This document shows positions 32,523-42,568 of a stretch of 64,000 bases of DNA, one piece after another (position 1 is the stretch's first letter; the number at the start of each line of letters is the position of its first letter). The translations under genes and the position numbers were made by a program. Source of the DNA: an uncultured Gemmatimonadales bacterium. Lineage in GTDB: Bacteria > Gemmatimonadota > Gemmatimonadetes > Gemmatimonadales > GWC2-71-9. The notes below the pieces were generated by a model. It was not told the origin of the DNA. It saw nothing but the letters and a program-made list of their open reading frames with translations, and did not search any database. Where the stretch lies: NCBI GenBank assembly GCA_963846945.1, contig CAWJXX010000003.1:82200-146199 (forward strand), read 5' to 3'.

Positions 32523-32728
32523 TGGTGGGAGTTAGGAGACAGTAGTTGGGGGTCACGTGTCCAGAGTCGAGAGAGCCCCCGGTTGCTGGCTGCTAGCTCC
32601 CATTTCCCGTTTCGATTCGATACTTCCAGTTTGAAACTCAGTCGTCAGTCGTCAGTCGTCAGCCAGTCGTCGCATACTGGCACTCGGCTCACGACTGCGT
32701 GCTACTGACGACTGACGACTGCCAACTG
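32516..32728. repeat. heptamer-periodic region with a (CAGTCGT)3...(ACGACTG)2 hairpin upstream of rnpB
   Basis: CAGTCGT x3 at 32639-32659; ACGACTG x2 plus CCAACTG at 32708-32728; a more degenerate 7-periodic tract at 32516-32610. Confidence 0.8.
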
Positions 32729-32735
32729 TTATCTT
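32727..32735 (+). promoter_or_regulatory. extended -10 promoter of rnpB
   Basis: TG-T-TATCTT ending 6 nt before the 5' end of P1. Confidence 0.55.
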
Positions 32736-32741
32736 GCATCC

Positions 32742-33140
32742 GGGTCGGACGTGATGGTCGCGGGCGTTTCGACGTCCGAGGAAAGTCCGAGCTCCATCGG
32801 GTAGACTGCCAGGTAACGCCTGGGCGCCGCGAGGCGACGGACAGGGCCACAGAAAACAGACCGCCTGGCGGGCGCGCGAGCGAACGACAGGTAAGGGTGA
32901 AACGGTGGGGTAAGAGCCCACCGCGCTGCCGGTAACGGGAGCGGCACGGCAACCCCCAGTCGGAGCAAGGCCAAATAAGCGGCGAGGTGTGACCCACACC
33001 GCCCCCCGTCCTGTCCCTTCGGGGATGAGTGCGGTAGCCGCGGGTAGGCTGCTCGAGGCGGTCGGCGACGACCGTCCCAGACAGATGACCATCCCTTCGG
33101 TTTCGGCCGGGGGAACAAGACTCGGCTTACGGTCCGACCC
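32742..33140 (+). ncRNA. rnpB: RNase P RNA, type A
   Basis: GAGGAAAGTCCGAGCTCC, ACAGAAAACAGACCGCC, GGGTGAAACGGTGGGGTAAGAGCCCACC, GAGCAAGGCCAAATA, ACAAGACTCGGCTTA; P1 GGGTCGGAC/GTCCGACCC. Confidence 0.98.
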
Positions 33141-33180
33141 ATGGCCGCCCCGGCACTTTTGTACCGGGGCGGCCATTTTG
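33141..33180 (+). terminator. intrinsic terminator of rnpB
   Basis: ATGGCCGCCCCGG..CCGGGGCGGCCAT followed by TTT. Confidence 0.8.
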
Positions 33181-33259
33181 CCTGTCCGGGCGGGGCCTGC
33201 TACCGCGACCGCTCGGAGGCGGGTAGAATTTGCCCGTGAACACGCGACCGCGGAGCAGT

Positions 33260-33493
33260 ATGGCGTCTTCATACCGGCCCCCGTCCGGCGACAAGCCGTA
33301 TCCGCCGCACTGGGAACAGGTTGCCGAGATTCGGGTGCTTCGCGCGCCGGCGAACGAGTGGGACAAGCTCTCGGTCTGGGGAGCGGACATGCGCAAGCGC
33401 GGGTGGCGGCTGCTGCAGGTCAACAGTGACAGTGGCCAGATCGTTGCGGTGTTCGGCAAGTCCCGTCAGGGCCCGGTGCGAGACCGGCCCTGA
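33260..33493 (+). CDS. small hypothetical protein
   Basis: SD GGAG; TAGAAT at 33224; RGWRLLQV motif; protein-like composition. Confidence 0.7.
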   Translation: MASSYRPPSGDKPYPPHWEQVAEIRVLRAPANEWDKLSVWGADMRKRGWRLLQVNSDSGQIVAVFGKSRQGPVRDRP

Positions 33494-33537
33494 GGATCCC
33501 GTTGCAGGTGCGCGCTTCTTCTTCTTCGAGGGTGGAC

Positions 33538-34320
33538 ATGCAGGCTCTGACACTGATGGCGGGCGTTCTCTTCAGCAGCACGCTGGTGCTTCCCGTGCCA
33601 CATGCGGGATCGACTACGACCCGCTACAAGGTGGCGCAGCGCATTTCGCAGGAAGTTGATGCCACGGCCCTGGGCGGCGGCAAGCAGGGTTTCGTGGTCA
33701 AGACTTCGAGCTTCGTGCAGCTGACCCTCACCGACAGTGCGAACGGCCGCTCCATCAAGGTGGTGGTCGACTCCATCACGGCGGATTCACTGCCCCCGGG
33801 CGCGCCGGCCGACATGCTGGCCAAGGCCAAGGGCGCGGTGGTGACGGGATTCGTCGACGCCAAGGGCAAGGTCAGCAACGTCAAGTCGGCGACGGATGCG
33901 GGCGGTCTTTCCATCACTACCCTCGTGAACCAGCTCCTTCCGCCTCTGCGGATACCACTCAAGGTGGGCGACGCGTGGACGGATACGACCGAGGCTTCGG
34001 CGGGGACTGCTGGCACCATGAACACCAAGACCGTCACCAACTTCAAGGTGACCGGCAGCGAGGTTCGCAACGGCGTCAAGGCGGCGAAGGTGGACGGCGC
34101 GTTCAGCTCCGCCATCGCGGGAACCCAGGAAACGCCGGGCGGCTCCGCCGACATCGAGGGGACCGGGAGCGGCACGTCCACCTACTACGTTGGCCCGGAC
34201 GGGCGATGCCTGAGTGGCGTGTCGAACTCGACCAGCAACCTGAACGTCACGCTCGCGGCGCAGGGTGCGACACTGCCGCTGGTGCTGACCCAGGCCGTCA
34301 ACATCACGCCGCTCCCCTGA
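33538..34320 (+). CDS. exported beta-rich hypothetical protein
   Basis: Signal-like N-terminus; LKVGDAWTDT motif; strong codon bias. Confidence 0.8.
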   Translation: MQALTLMAGVLFSSTLVLPVPHAGSTTTRYKVAQRISQEVDATALGGGKQGFVVKTSSFVQLTLTDSANGRSIKVVVDSITADSLPPGAPADMLAKAKGAVVTGFVDAKGKVSNVKSATDAGGLSITTLVNQLLPPLRIPLKVGDAWTDTTEASAGTAGTMNTKTVTNFKVTGSEVRNGVKAAKVDGAFSSAIAGTQETPGGSADIEGTGSGTSTYYVGPDGRCLSGVSNSTSNLNVTLAAQGATLPLVLTQAVNITPLP

Positions 34321-34325
34321 TACCG

Positions 34326-35195
34326 GTGCGGCGCTGGATACTCGCAGCCGGATGGCTCGCTGCTTCTGCATGCGGGCCGTCAGGCGCGGGTGGCGCCAAG
34401 TCTCCCAGTCCCGCCCCCGCCACCAAACCGGCGGCCCCGACAACGGCAGCCCCGTCCGCGGGCACCGGGATCACCGTTGCGCGCTATGCGTCGGTCGACG
34501 CGCGCTATGTCGTCGATCGCATCGACACCGTCACCTTCCAGTACCCCAACGGCATCCAGACCCAGATCATCGATCGCAGCATCTGGCTGCGGGTGATCGT
34601 CGGCCCGGGCACCACCGGGGCTCCCGTGGTCATCGTGCTCGACTCGGTGCGGGCCAGCCTCGTGCCGCGTGACTCCCTCATCGGCTCGGATGGCCTGCGC
34701 TGGACTGGAACGCTCGAGGATGGCGCCCGGCTCGGTGCCCTGACCACCACGGTGCATCATGCGCTGGCGGAGCAACTCATCGGCACCAGCTTCCGCGATC
34801 TCTTCGGGACGCTGCCGCCGGGCGGCGCGCACCCGGGGGCAAGCTGGATCGACACCACCATGGCGAACGAACTCGTGGCCGGAAGCGACATCCCGGTGAC
34901 GCTGGTCCGCACGGCGCACGCGACAGCCGGCACGACGACACCTCCACAGCTCCGGATCGAGAGCACTTCGGCCGTCGTGGGCAACGGCAAGAGCCAGCGT
35001 TTTGGCGAGGAAATCGGCGTGGCGGTGAGCGGCACCCGGTTCCGTACGGAGCAACTCAGTGGCGCGGGCCAGGTCCTCGGTGTCGACGGACGCGACTCGC
35101 TTGCGTTGTCGTTCGACCTGCCCTCGGTGGGCCAGACGGTGCCCGCCATCCAGCTTGGGCACGTCACCATCGAGCGAATCCCGGCCTCCCACTGA
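34326..35195 (+). CDS. lipoprotein, probable paralog of the upstream gene
   Basis: GTG start, lipobox LAASA-C, P/A/T linker, HPGASWIDT motif. Confidence 0.78.
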   Translation: MRRWILAAGWLAASACGPSGAGGAKSPSPAPATKPAAPTTAAPSAGTGITVARYASVDARYVVDRIDTVTFQYPNGIQTQIIDRSIWLRVIVGPGTTGAPVVIVLDSVRASLVPRDSLIGSDGLRWTGTLEDGARLGALTTTVHHALAEQLIGTSFRDLFGTLPPGGAHPGASWIDTTMANELVAGSDIPVTLVRTAHATAGTTTPPQLRIESTSAVVGNGKSQRFGEEIGVAVSGTRFRTEQLSGAGQVLGVDGRDSLALSFDLPSVGQTVPAIQLGHVTIERIPASH

Positions 35196-35200
35196 TACGC

Positions 35201-36047
35201 ATGTCACCATCGCCTCGCCGCTGGCGCTGGTGGTGGTTCCTGGTTCCCCCCGCCCTCTTCGTTGCGTGGCTGTTCGCGATCTGGCCGCCGCCGCTCTGGT
35301 ATCGCACGCACTGGCCGGGCGAAACCGCCTTCATGCGCATGCGCCGCGCCGAAGGTCTGTTGCCGCGCGCCAGGGGCGCCGGCACTCGACTCTACCGGCC
35401 GGTGGCGCTCGAGGAAATCGCTCCCGATCATGGCCGTAGCGGCCATGACGGGCGAGGACAACAATTTCTGGGTGCATGACGGGATCGACTACCTCGCGAT
35501 CCTCAAGGCACTCGGCTACCGGCGCACCGATTTCGAATGGAGCGATCCCCGGGACCGGACCGCACTGCGCATCGCCCTGGGACACGCCTGGGATCGGCGC
35601 GACGCGCTGCGCGGTGCCAGTACCATCACCCAGCAACTCGCGAAGAACCTCTACCTCTCCCCCTCACGCAATCCGCTGCGGAAGGTGAAGGAGGCAGTCA
35701 CCGCCTGGCGCCTGGAACAGGCACTGGGCAAGCGGCGCATCCTCACGCTCTATCTCAACGTGGCGGAAATGGGACCGGGGATCTGGGGAGTGGAAGCCGC
35801 AAGCCAGGAATACTTCCACACGTCCGCCAGCAAGCTCAACCGCAGTGAGGCGGCGGCGCTCGCCGGCCTGCTGCCGTTTCCACTGCGCTCCAATCCCGAA
35901 CTCAAGCCGGGACGCATGCGCTGGCGGCAGAACCTGATCCTGCGGCGGATGTCGGGGGAATCGCTTGAGATCCCGAAGACCGACGCGGAAATGCCCACCC
36001 AGGCGGACGCCGACACCGCACCAACGGAGACCGACGGGACACAGTAG
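35201..36047 (+). CDS. mtgA: monofunctional peptidoglycan transglycosylase (frameshift near 35425)
   Basis: EDNNFWVHDGID, GASTITQQLAKNLYL, RKVKE, KRRILTLYLN. Confidence 0.9.
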
Positions 36048-36078
36048 GTTGCAGGGGCACTCTTCTCGCAGCGAGCCG

Positions 36079-38752
36079 ATGACCGCTCCTCTTGACCGAC
36101 TCAGCGTCCGCCTTGTCCGGCCGCTACCGTCTGGAGCGGGAGCTGGGACAGGGAGGCATGGCGACGGTCTACCTCGCCGAAGACCTCAAGCACCACCGAC
36201 GAGTCGCGATCAAGGTGCTGCGACCGGAGCTGGCCGCCTCGCTCGGCCCCGATCGCTTTTCCCGTGAAATCGAGGTCGCTGCGCGGCTCCAGCATCCGCA
36301 CATCCTCGGCGTGCTCGATTCGGGCGATGCCGACGGCTTCTTCTATTACGTCATGCCGTTCGTGGAGGGGGAAACGCTCCGCGACCGCCTTGCGCGAGCT
36401 GGCGAGCTGCCGATACCCGAGGCGGTGCGACTGCTGAGCGAGATTGCCGAGGCGCTGGCGGTGGCACATGGGGCGGGCGTGGTTCACCGCGACATCAAGC
36501 CGGAAAACGTGCTGCTCTCGGGCCGGCACGCGATGGTCATGGACTTCGGCGTGGCCAAGGCCGTGAGTGAGGCCTCGGGCCGTCAGCAACTCACCACGGC
36601 AGGGGTCGCATTGGGAACCCCCGCGTACATGGCGCCGGAGCAGGCATCGGCCGACCCGCAGATGGATGGCCGGGCGGACATCTATGCGCTGGGTGTACTG
36701 GGCTACGAGATGCTCGCAGGACACACTCCTTTCCCCGGCCTCAACCCGCAGCAGACGCTCGCGGCAACGGTCACGCAGACTCCGCCGCCGCTGGGACAAC
36801 AGCGCGCCGGGCTCTCACCAGCGCTCGAGGCGGTGATCATGCGGTGCCTCGCCAAGCGACCTGCCGATCGCTTCCAGACGGCGGACGATCTGGTCATGGC
36901 GCTGGAGCCGTTGGCCACGCCCAGCGGCGGCATGACGCCGACGCAGACCCGGCCGGTGCCCGCGTGGCAGGCCACGACGTCGGGCCCGCGCCGCTGGATC
37001 CCCGTGGCCGCGGGTACCGGTCTGCTTGTCGCAGCACTTTGGGGGTGGCGGCACTTTGGAGGCGGCGCGGCGCCGCGCATTCAGCCCGATCGGGTCCAGT
37101 TCACCTTCACGGGCAACGCCACGAGCCCTGGCATCTCGCAGGATGGTCACCGTATCGCGTACGCCACTCGCCAATGTGACGACGAGGGGCGCTGTACCCA
37201 GGATGTGGTCGTCCAGGATGTCGCTGGCGCAGGAAAGGCCACGGTGGTGAAGGGAGCATTGGGCGTCCAACTCATTTCCTGGAGCACGGACGAGCGCTAC
37301 CTCCTGCTCAATGGAGCCGCCTTCGGTTCGCGCGTTGGGGTCTTCAGTGTACCGGTCCTGGGCGGGGAGCCTCGCTACCTCGGCTGTTGCGCCGGAACGA
37401 TCGCGAACGGGGACACGGTCCTGATCACGACGCCGGCAGCGCCGGGAGACTCGCTGGCGTGGGTCCGCTGGGTGACGCTGGCCGACGGAATGGCACACGA
37501 CAGTCTGGCGGTCAAAGCGGGGATTGCGTCTGGCATTGAAGCCACAGCATTTCCCGACGGCCGGCTGCTGGATCTTGTCCGGGTTCAGCCGGATCGTACC
37601 GTCTCGGTCATCATGACCCGCCAGGGGATCCCGATCGATTCCCTCGTCTATCCCCCACAACAGCCCGTACTGTTCGCGACGACAACCGCTGATGCCCGAT
37701 CACTTCTCGTGGGCGTGACACGCGGTGGCACGCAGGAAGCCGATGTGCTCCGATATCATCTCGACACTCGTGGCCATATCGACGCCGCACCAGACACCCT
37801 CATCCGTCAGTTGAGTGCGAGTGGCGGGGGCGACCTGAGCCGAAGCGGCCTTATCGCCTACGCGAATGGCCCTGCGGTCCATTCCGTATGGGCCATGCGC
37901 AGAGACAGTCCAGCCTCCATGCAATTCGTCCAGCGGCGCCTCTCGGTCTCCACCGACTTCATTGGGGCCGGTCTTTCCCCGTCGGGGGATTGGGTGCTCC
38001 TGCGCCGGCCCACCCATACGAGCGATGGGCGCCTTCAACTGTCCATCATGCCGTTCGACAGCGGCGCCGAGACCCTGCTCGGCCCTCCGCTCAGCATGAC
38101 CTCCCTCGACTGGGGCCGAGACGGTCGGAGCATCATCGTGGCGAGCCGCCGCGGGGCAGACAGCGTTACGCTCGACCAGATCGATGTCCCGTCCGGACAG
38201 TCCCACCACATCGAAACGGTGGCCGCGCCGGATTTCGTGGATGTGGAGGCGGTGCCCGGAGGCGGTGTGCTCGTGCTTCTCACCGGCAAGCGCTTTCGTC
38301 GCGTTCACGTGCCAGGAGTGTCCGACAGCACGCTTCGCCTTCCAGCTGCCCTCGGCGACCTGGGTCAAAGCGCATTTGATCCCTCTCCGGATGGGCGCGC
38401 AATGGTGACGGTGAGCTGGAACGACTTGTACGACTCCATCCTGGTGCACCGGATATCGGTGATCGATGGCGGAATGACCCGCTTGGCCGGGTTTGCAGCG
38501 GTGGATGTGGACCAACCGCGCTGGCTGCAGGACGGCACGATCATAGTGCCGATAGCGGAGACGCTTTACAGCACCGTATGGTACCGCCTGCCCGCGGGGG
38601 GTGGCCCCCCGGAGCGGCTGGGCTCACCCCCACGCTTTCCGGCGAAGTATTGGCTTTCGGCCGATGGGCGCCGAATGCTCGCAACTGCCGCCGAGACGCG
38701 GCCTGACATTTTCCTGATTCCGAATTTCGGGGAGATGCTGAAACAACGGTGA
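36079..38752 (+). CDS. membrane Ser/Thr kinase with a TolB-like beta-propeller (small 5' frameshift near 36105)
   Basis: GQGGMATVY, HRDIKPEN, DFG; TM; SQDGHRIAY / SPDG repeats; ATG 36079 gives the usual MTAPLDRL N-terminus. Confidence 0.92.
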
Positions 38753-38828
38753 GAAGTGAGAGGTGAGAGGTGAGAGCTGAAGACGCAAACTCCCTCTTAC
38801 TTCTTACCCCTCACTCCTTACGCTTTTT
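38748..38828. repeat. heptamer tandem-repeat hairpin (GGTGAGA)4 / (CTCTTAC)4 between convergent genes
   Basis: The first unit contains the kinase TGA; the right arm is followed by TTTTT. Confidence 0.85.
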
Positions 38829-38835
38829 GCGCCTT

Positions 38836-39949
38836 TCAGTCCACCAGCCTCAACGGCATCACCAGCGCCAGGAAGCTCGCCGGATCATCCCAGCCCACCG
38901 GCTCGCAGGTCGCCGCGCGTTCGGGTGCCTTGAAGGTCATCCGCACCTCGTCGGTGGGGATGTATTTCATGACTTCGAGCATGTACGCCGCGTTGAAGCC
39001 GATCTCCAGGGCATCGCCCTCATAGGTGACAGTGACCTCTTCCTGGGCCTCGCCCAGGTCAGGGGTCTGCACCGAGAGCTTGCAGGAGCCGTTGGCGAAT
39101 GCCATCCGGATCCGGTGGGTCTGGTCGCTGGCGACGATGCTCATGCGCCGGAGCGCCGATGAGATCGCTGCCTTGTCGACCGTCATGACCTTGTCGTTCT
39201 CCCGCGGGATGACCTGCTCGTAGTTCAGGTACGGCCCCTCGATCAGCCGCGTGAAGATCTGCGTGGTGGGCGAGCGGAAGCCCAGATGATTCTCGCTCCG
39301 GGCGATCTCGATTTCGTCCTCGGCCGAGAAAAGCTTGCGGATCTGCTCCAGCGCCTTGGGCGGCACGATCAGGTCCGCCTGGGCACCACCTGACGCGGCC
39401 GTAGGGACGTCCATGCGGGCCAAACGATGCCCGTTGGTCGCCACCATCCGCATGCGGTCCGGTCGGAGCTCCCAGAGCACGCCATTGAGAATTGGCCGGC
39501 TCTCTTCGGTGCTCGCGGCGAAGGCGACATGGCTGATGAGCTTCTGCAGGCTGCCGGCAGTCGCCTTCCAGCCGCCTTCGAACTTGACGGCCGGGAATGC
39601 CGGGAACTCGTCCTTGGGCAGGCCCAGCAGCTTGAACTTGGACCGGCCGCACTCGATGGTGATGCGCTGTTCGCCCGAGGCGGTGAGGCGGATGGAGGCA
39701 TTCGGGAGCTCGCGCACGATCTCGGACGAGCTTCCGCGCGGGCACGGTGATCGAGCCTTCCTGATCGACCTGGGCCGGGACAGTGGTGCTGACAGCGATG
39801 TCGAGATCGGTTCCCGACAGCCTGACACCGTCATGAGTGGCTTCGACCAGGATGTTGGAGAGCACGGGCAGCGTGGTCTTGGTCGGAATGCTTCCGGCCA
39901 CAGCCTGCAGGCCTTCCTGGAATTGCTCTCGCGTGATCGTGAACTTCAT
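38836..39949 (-). CDS. dnaN: DNA polymerase III beta sliding clamp (frameshift near 39745)
   Basis: PVLSNILVEA, GTDLD, RPILNGV, VATNGHRL, RLIEG, FNAAY, LVMPLR. Confidence 0.97.
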
Positions 39950-39989
39950 CTCGGCCTCTCGAGTCCCGGAGAAGTACCTACCAGAACCT

Positions 39990-40200
39990 GTATATAAGAA
40001 TGTAGCAGTAGTAGTAGAGGGTATGGAGATGTGGAGGAAGCTCCTGATCTCGTCACCCCGGCTGCACTTGCCGCACCAACCGCATGTCGGATCAGTGTGG
40101 GGGATGCGGACATTTCCGCATCAACAACACATTTCCGCGCCTTGTTCAAGACTTTCAACGATCAACCCATCAACATCGGGATAACATCCGGATAACCGCA
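39990..40200. promoter_or_regulatory. oriC: oriC: DnaA boxes, DnaA-trios and AT-rich unwinding element
   Basis: TATATAAGAAT, TAG CAG TAG TAG TAG (40003-40017), GGG, overlapping boxes TATGGAGAT/TGTGGAGGA (40022-40038), further degenerate boxes to ~40195. Confidence 0.8.
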
Positions 40201-40234
40201 CGCCGGATCCTCTGCGCGCACCGCACAGACGCGC

Positions 40235-41626
40235 CTACGACTGCGGCTGCAACTCCATCCGGGCCAGCTCCACCTTCTCACGAAAGCCGCGATCACGCGA
40301 CATCTGGCGCGCCACCTTGTCGACACTGTGAATGACAGTGCTGTGATCGCGCCCGCCGAATGCCTGGCCGATTTCCACCAGTTGCATCTGCAGCAGGTCG
40401 CGCGCGAGGAACATCGCGATCTGTCGCGGCACTGTCAGCGTCTTGATGCGCGCCTTCGAGCGCAGGCCCTCCGGTGTCACGCCCCAGCGACGAGCCACCA
40501 CCTCCTGCACCTTGTTGATCGTCGGCAGGGCCTTGGACGGAGCGCCGGTGTCGTCGCGATGGACGGATCCGGTCGGCCAGTGCCTCGCGTGCCAGCTCGA
40601 CCGACACCTCACGATGCTTGAGCGAAGCGTAGAGCAGGAGCTTGATGATGCAGCCTTCCAGCTCGCGCACGTTGGAACGGACATGTTCGGCGATGAAGCC
40701 CAGCACGTCGTCCGGGATCGCCATCTCGAGGTGATCCTGCTCGGCCTTCTTGCGCAGGATCGCGATCCGGTGCTCCAGGTCCGGCTGGCCAATGTCCGCC
40801 ACCATGCCCCACTCGAACCGGCTGACCAGCCGGGCCTCGAGGCCCGGGAAGCTCCTTGGGCGGCCGGTCCGAGGTCAGCACGATCTGCTTGTTTGCTTCG
40901 TACAGCGCGTTGAACGTGTGAAAGAACTCCTCCTGCGTCATTTCCTTGCCTTCAAGGAAATGCACGTCGTCCACCAGGAAGAGGTCGACATCCGCCCGGT
41001 ACCGCCGACGGAATTCCGTCATGGTCCGGCTGTGGATGCTTTCGATCACCTCGTTGATGAACTGCTCGGCGCCGACGTAGAGCACTCGCGTTTCCGGCTG
41101 CCGCGGCGACGACCGCATGCGCAATAGCCTGCATCAGGTGCGTCTTTCCGAGTCCAGTCGCACCGTAAATGAAGAGCGGATTGTAGGTCTTGCCGGGAGA
41201 TTCGCCGGCGGCATGCGCGGCGGCGGCGGCGAGCTCGTTCGACTTGCCGATGACGAACGTCTGGAAGGTGTAGCGCTCGTTGAGCGGCTGCGCGCTCGGG
41301 TTGAGGCGTGTAACAGTTGCCGCCGCCGATGGCGTCGGCGCGACGAACAGGTCCATCTGGGGTCGCTTGATGCGCTCTTCTGCCACCTGAAAGACCACGG
41401 CCACCGGTTGCCCGGCCGCCTTTTCGGCCAGGCGTGACAGGACGGCGGCGTGCTTCGACTCATTCCATTGCACGGCGAACTGATCGGGCGCACCGACGGT
41501 CAGCGTCCCATTCTCGAGTGAGATTGGCGCTGCTGGCTCAAGCCAGGTGCGAATCGTCTGTTCGGAAAGCTCACGGAGCGCGTCCTCGAGGAGGCGCGAC
41601 CAGAGGTCTTTCGCGGAAAGTTGCAT
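40235..41626 (-). CDS. dnaA: chromosomal replication initiator DnaA (frameshifts near 41105, 40845, 40565)
   Basis: [56 protein letters not shown]. Confidence 0.97.
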
Positions 41627-41672
41627 CGAAGCTCGTGCGACCGCGGGGCGAGGGTTGTGCAAGGGGCGCGAG

Positions 41673-41701
41673 ATATTACGGGTCGTGTGTGGATAAGTCA
41701 A
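41673..41701 (-). promoter_or_regulatory. dnaA promoter with an embedded perfect DnaA box
   Basis: TTGACT-17 nt-TAATAT; TTATCCACA at 41688-41696 overlaps the -35 and spacer. Confidence 0.8.
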
Positions 41702-41703
41702 CC

Positions 41704-41733
41704 TTGACCCTGAGGCGGTCGATTGGCTATTTT
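41704..41733 (+). promoter_or_regulatory. rpmH operon promoter
   Basis: TTGACC-18 nt-TATTTT, back-to-back with the dnaA -35. Confidence 0.6.
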
Positions 41734-41763
41734 CGCGGGCTCATTGGAGGGCAAGTAAATCGT

Positions 41764-41925
41764 ATGATGCCGACATATCGTCCGCGCAACAAGAAGCGCA
41801 TCGCAAAGCACGGATTCCGCGCCCGCATGGCCGATCGCTGGGGCCGGGAAGTCCTGTCCCGTCGCCGGAAGAAGGGTCGGAAGCGCCTGACCGTCTCTCT
41901 CCCGTCGAAGCACGGGCGGGCCTGA
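41764..41925 (+). CDS. rpmH: 50S ribosomal protein L34
   Basis: [20 protein letters not shown]...[13 protein letters not shown]. Confidence 0.96.
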   Translation: MMPTYRPRNKKRIAKHGFRARMADRWGREVLSRRRKKGRKRLTVSLPSKHGRA

Positions 41926-42275
41926 CGGCCACAGAAGGCTTCGAGCGGTCGCGCCGACTGGCGCGAGCAGCCGACATCCGGCGGTGCCTGGCAAAGGGTC
42001 GGCGCCGCCGGTCCGCGTTTATCGACCTGATCTGGACCGACAATGCACTGGGCCATCCGCGCATGGGATTGATCGTTCCCCGATTCCAGGCGACTGCGGT
42101 GGCCCGGAATCGTCTCCGGCGCCGGCTGAAGGAAGTGTGGCGCCGCGAGGTGCAGTCGGTGCAACCAGCCGTCGATCTCCTGGTGCGTGCCCGCCGCGAG
42201 GCCTATGGGGCATCCTACGATGCCCTCCGTGCCGACCTGCTGGGTTGGCGCGATGCGACATGCCCCGTTCGGTGA
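41922..42275 (+). CDS. rnpA: RNase P protein component (non-canonical start, probably CTG)
   Basis: FERSRRL...PRMGLIV...[13 protein letters not shown] (RNR motif); no ATG/GTG/TTG in frame before 42063. Confidence 0.88.
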   Translation: MTATEGFERSRRLARAADIRRCLAKGRRRRSAFIDLIWTDNALGHPRMGLIVPRFQATAVARNRLRRRLKEVWRREVQSVQPAVDLLVRARREAYGASYDALRADLLGWRDATCPVR

Positions 42276-42507
42276 GCCATGCAGCTCAGCCAACGTTCCG
42301 CGCCGCACCCTGATGGGCGCGGTGCGCGCCTACCAGCTGGTTCTCTCGCCGCTCCTGCCGCCGAGCTGTCGCTTCACGCCCTCCTGCTCGGCGTACGCAC
42401 TCGAGGCACTGAGCCGCCACGGCGCCCTGCGGGGCACGTGGCTCGCCACCCGGCGACTCGCTCGCTGCCACCCCTGGAATCCGGGCGGGTACGACCCGGT
42501 ACCGTGA
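42272..42507 (+). CDS. yidD: membrane protein insertion efficiency factor (probable 5' frameshift)
   Basis: YQLVLSP...[17 protein letters not shown]...RCHPW..GGYDPVP. Confidence 0.92.
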
Positions 42508-42533
42508 TATCACGAAAGGCTCGACTCGCGAGT

Positions 42534-42568
42534 CTCACGACTCACGACTCACGACCCACGACTCATGG
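42534..42568 (+). repeat. (CTCACGA)4 heptamer array running into the yidC ATG
   Basis: CTCACGA CTCACGA CTCACGA CCCACGA CTCATGG. Confidence 0.85.

Noticed and set aside
32516-32730. CRISPR array
   Set aside because: Units are 7 bp and contiguous, with no unique spacers and no cas genes in the window.
32652-33272. ORFs overlapping 32650-33270
   Set aside because: The region is the RNase P RNA and its terminator.
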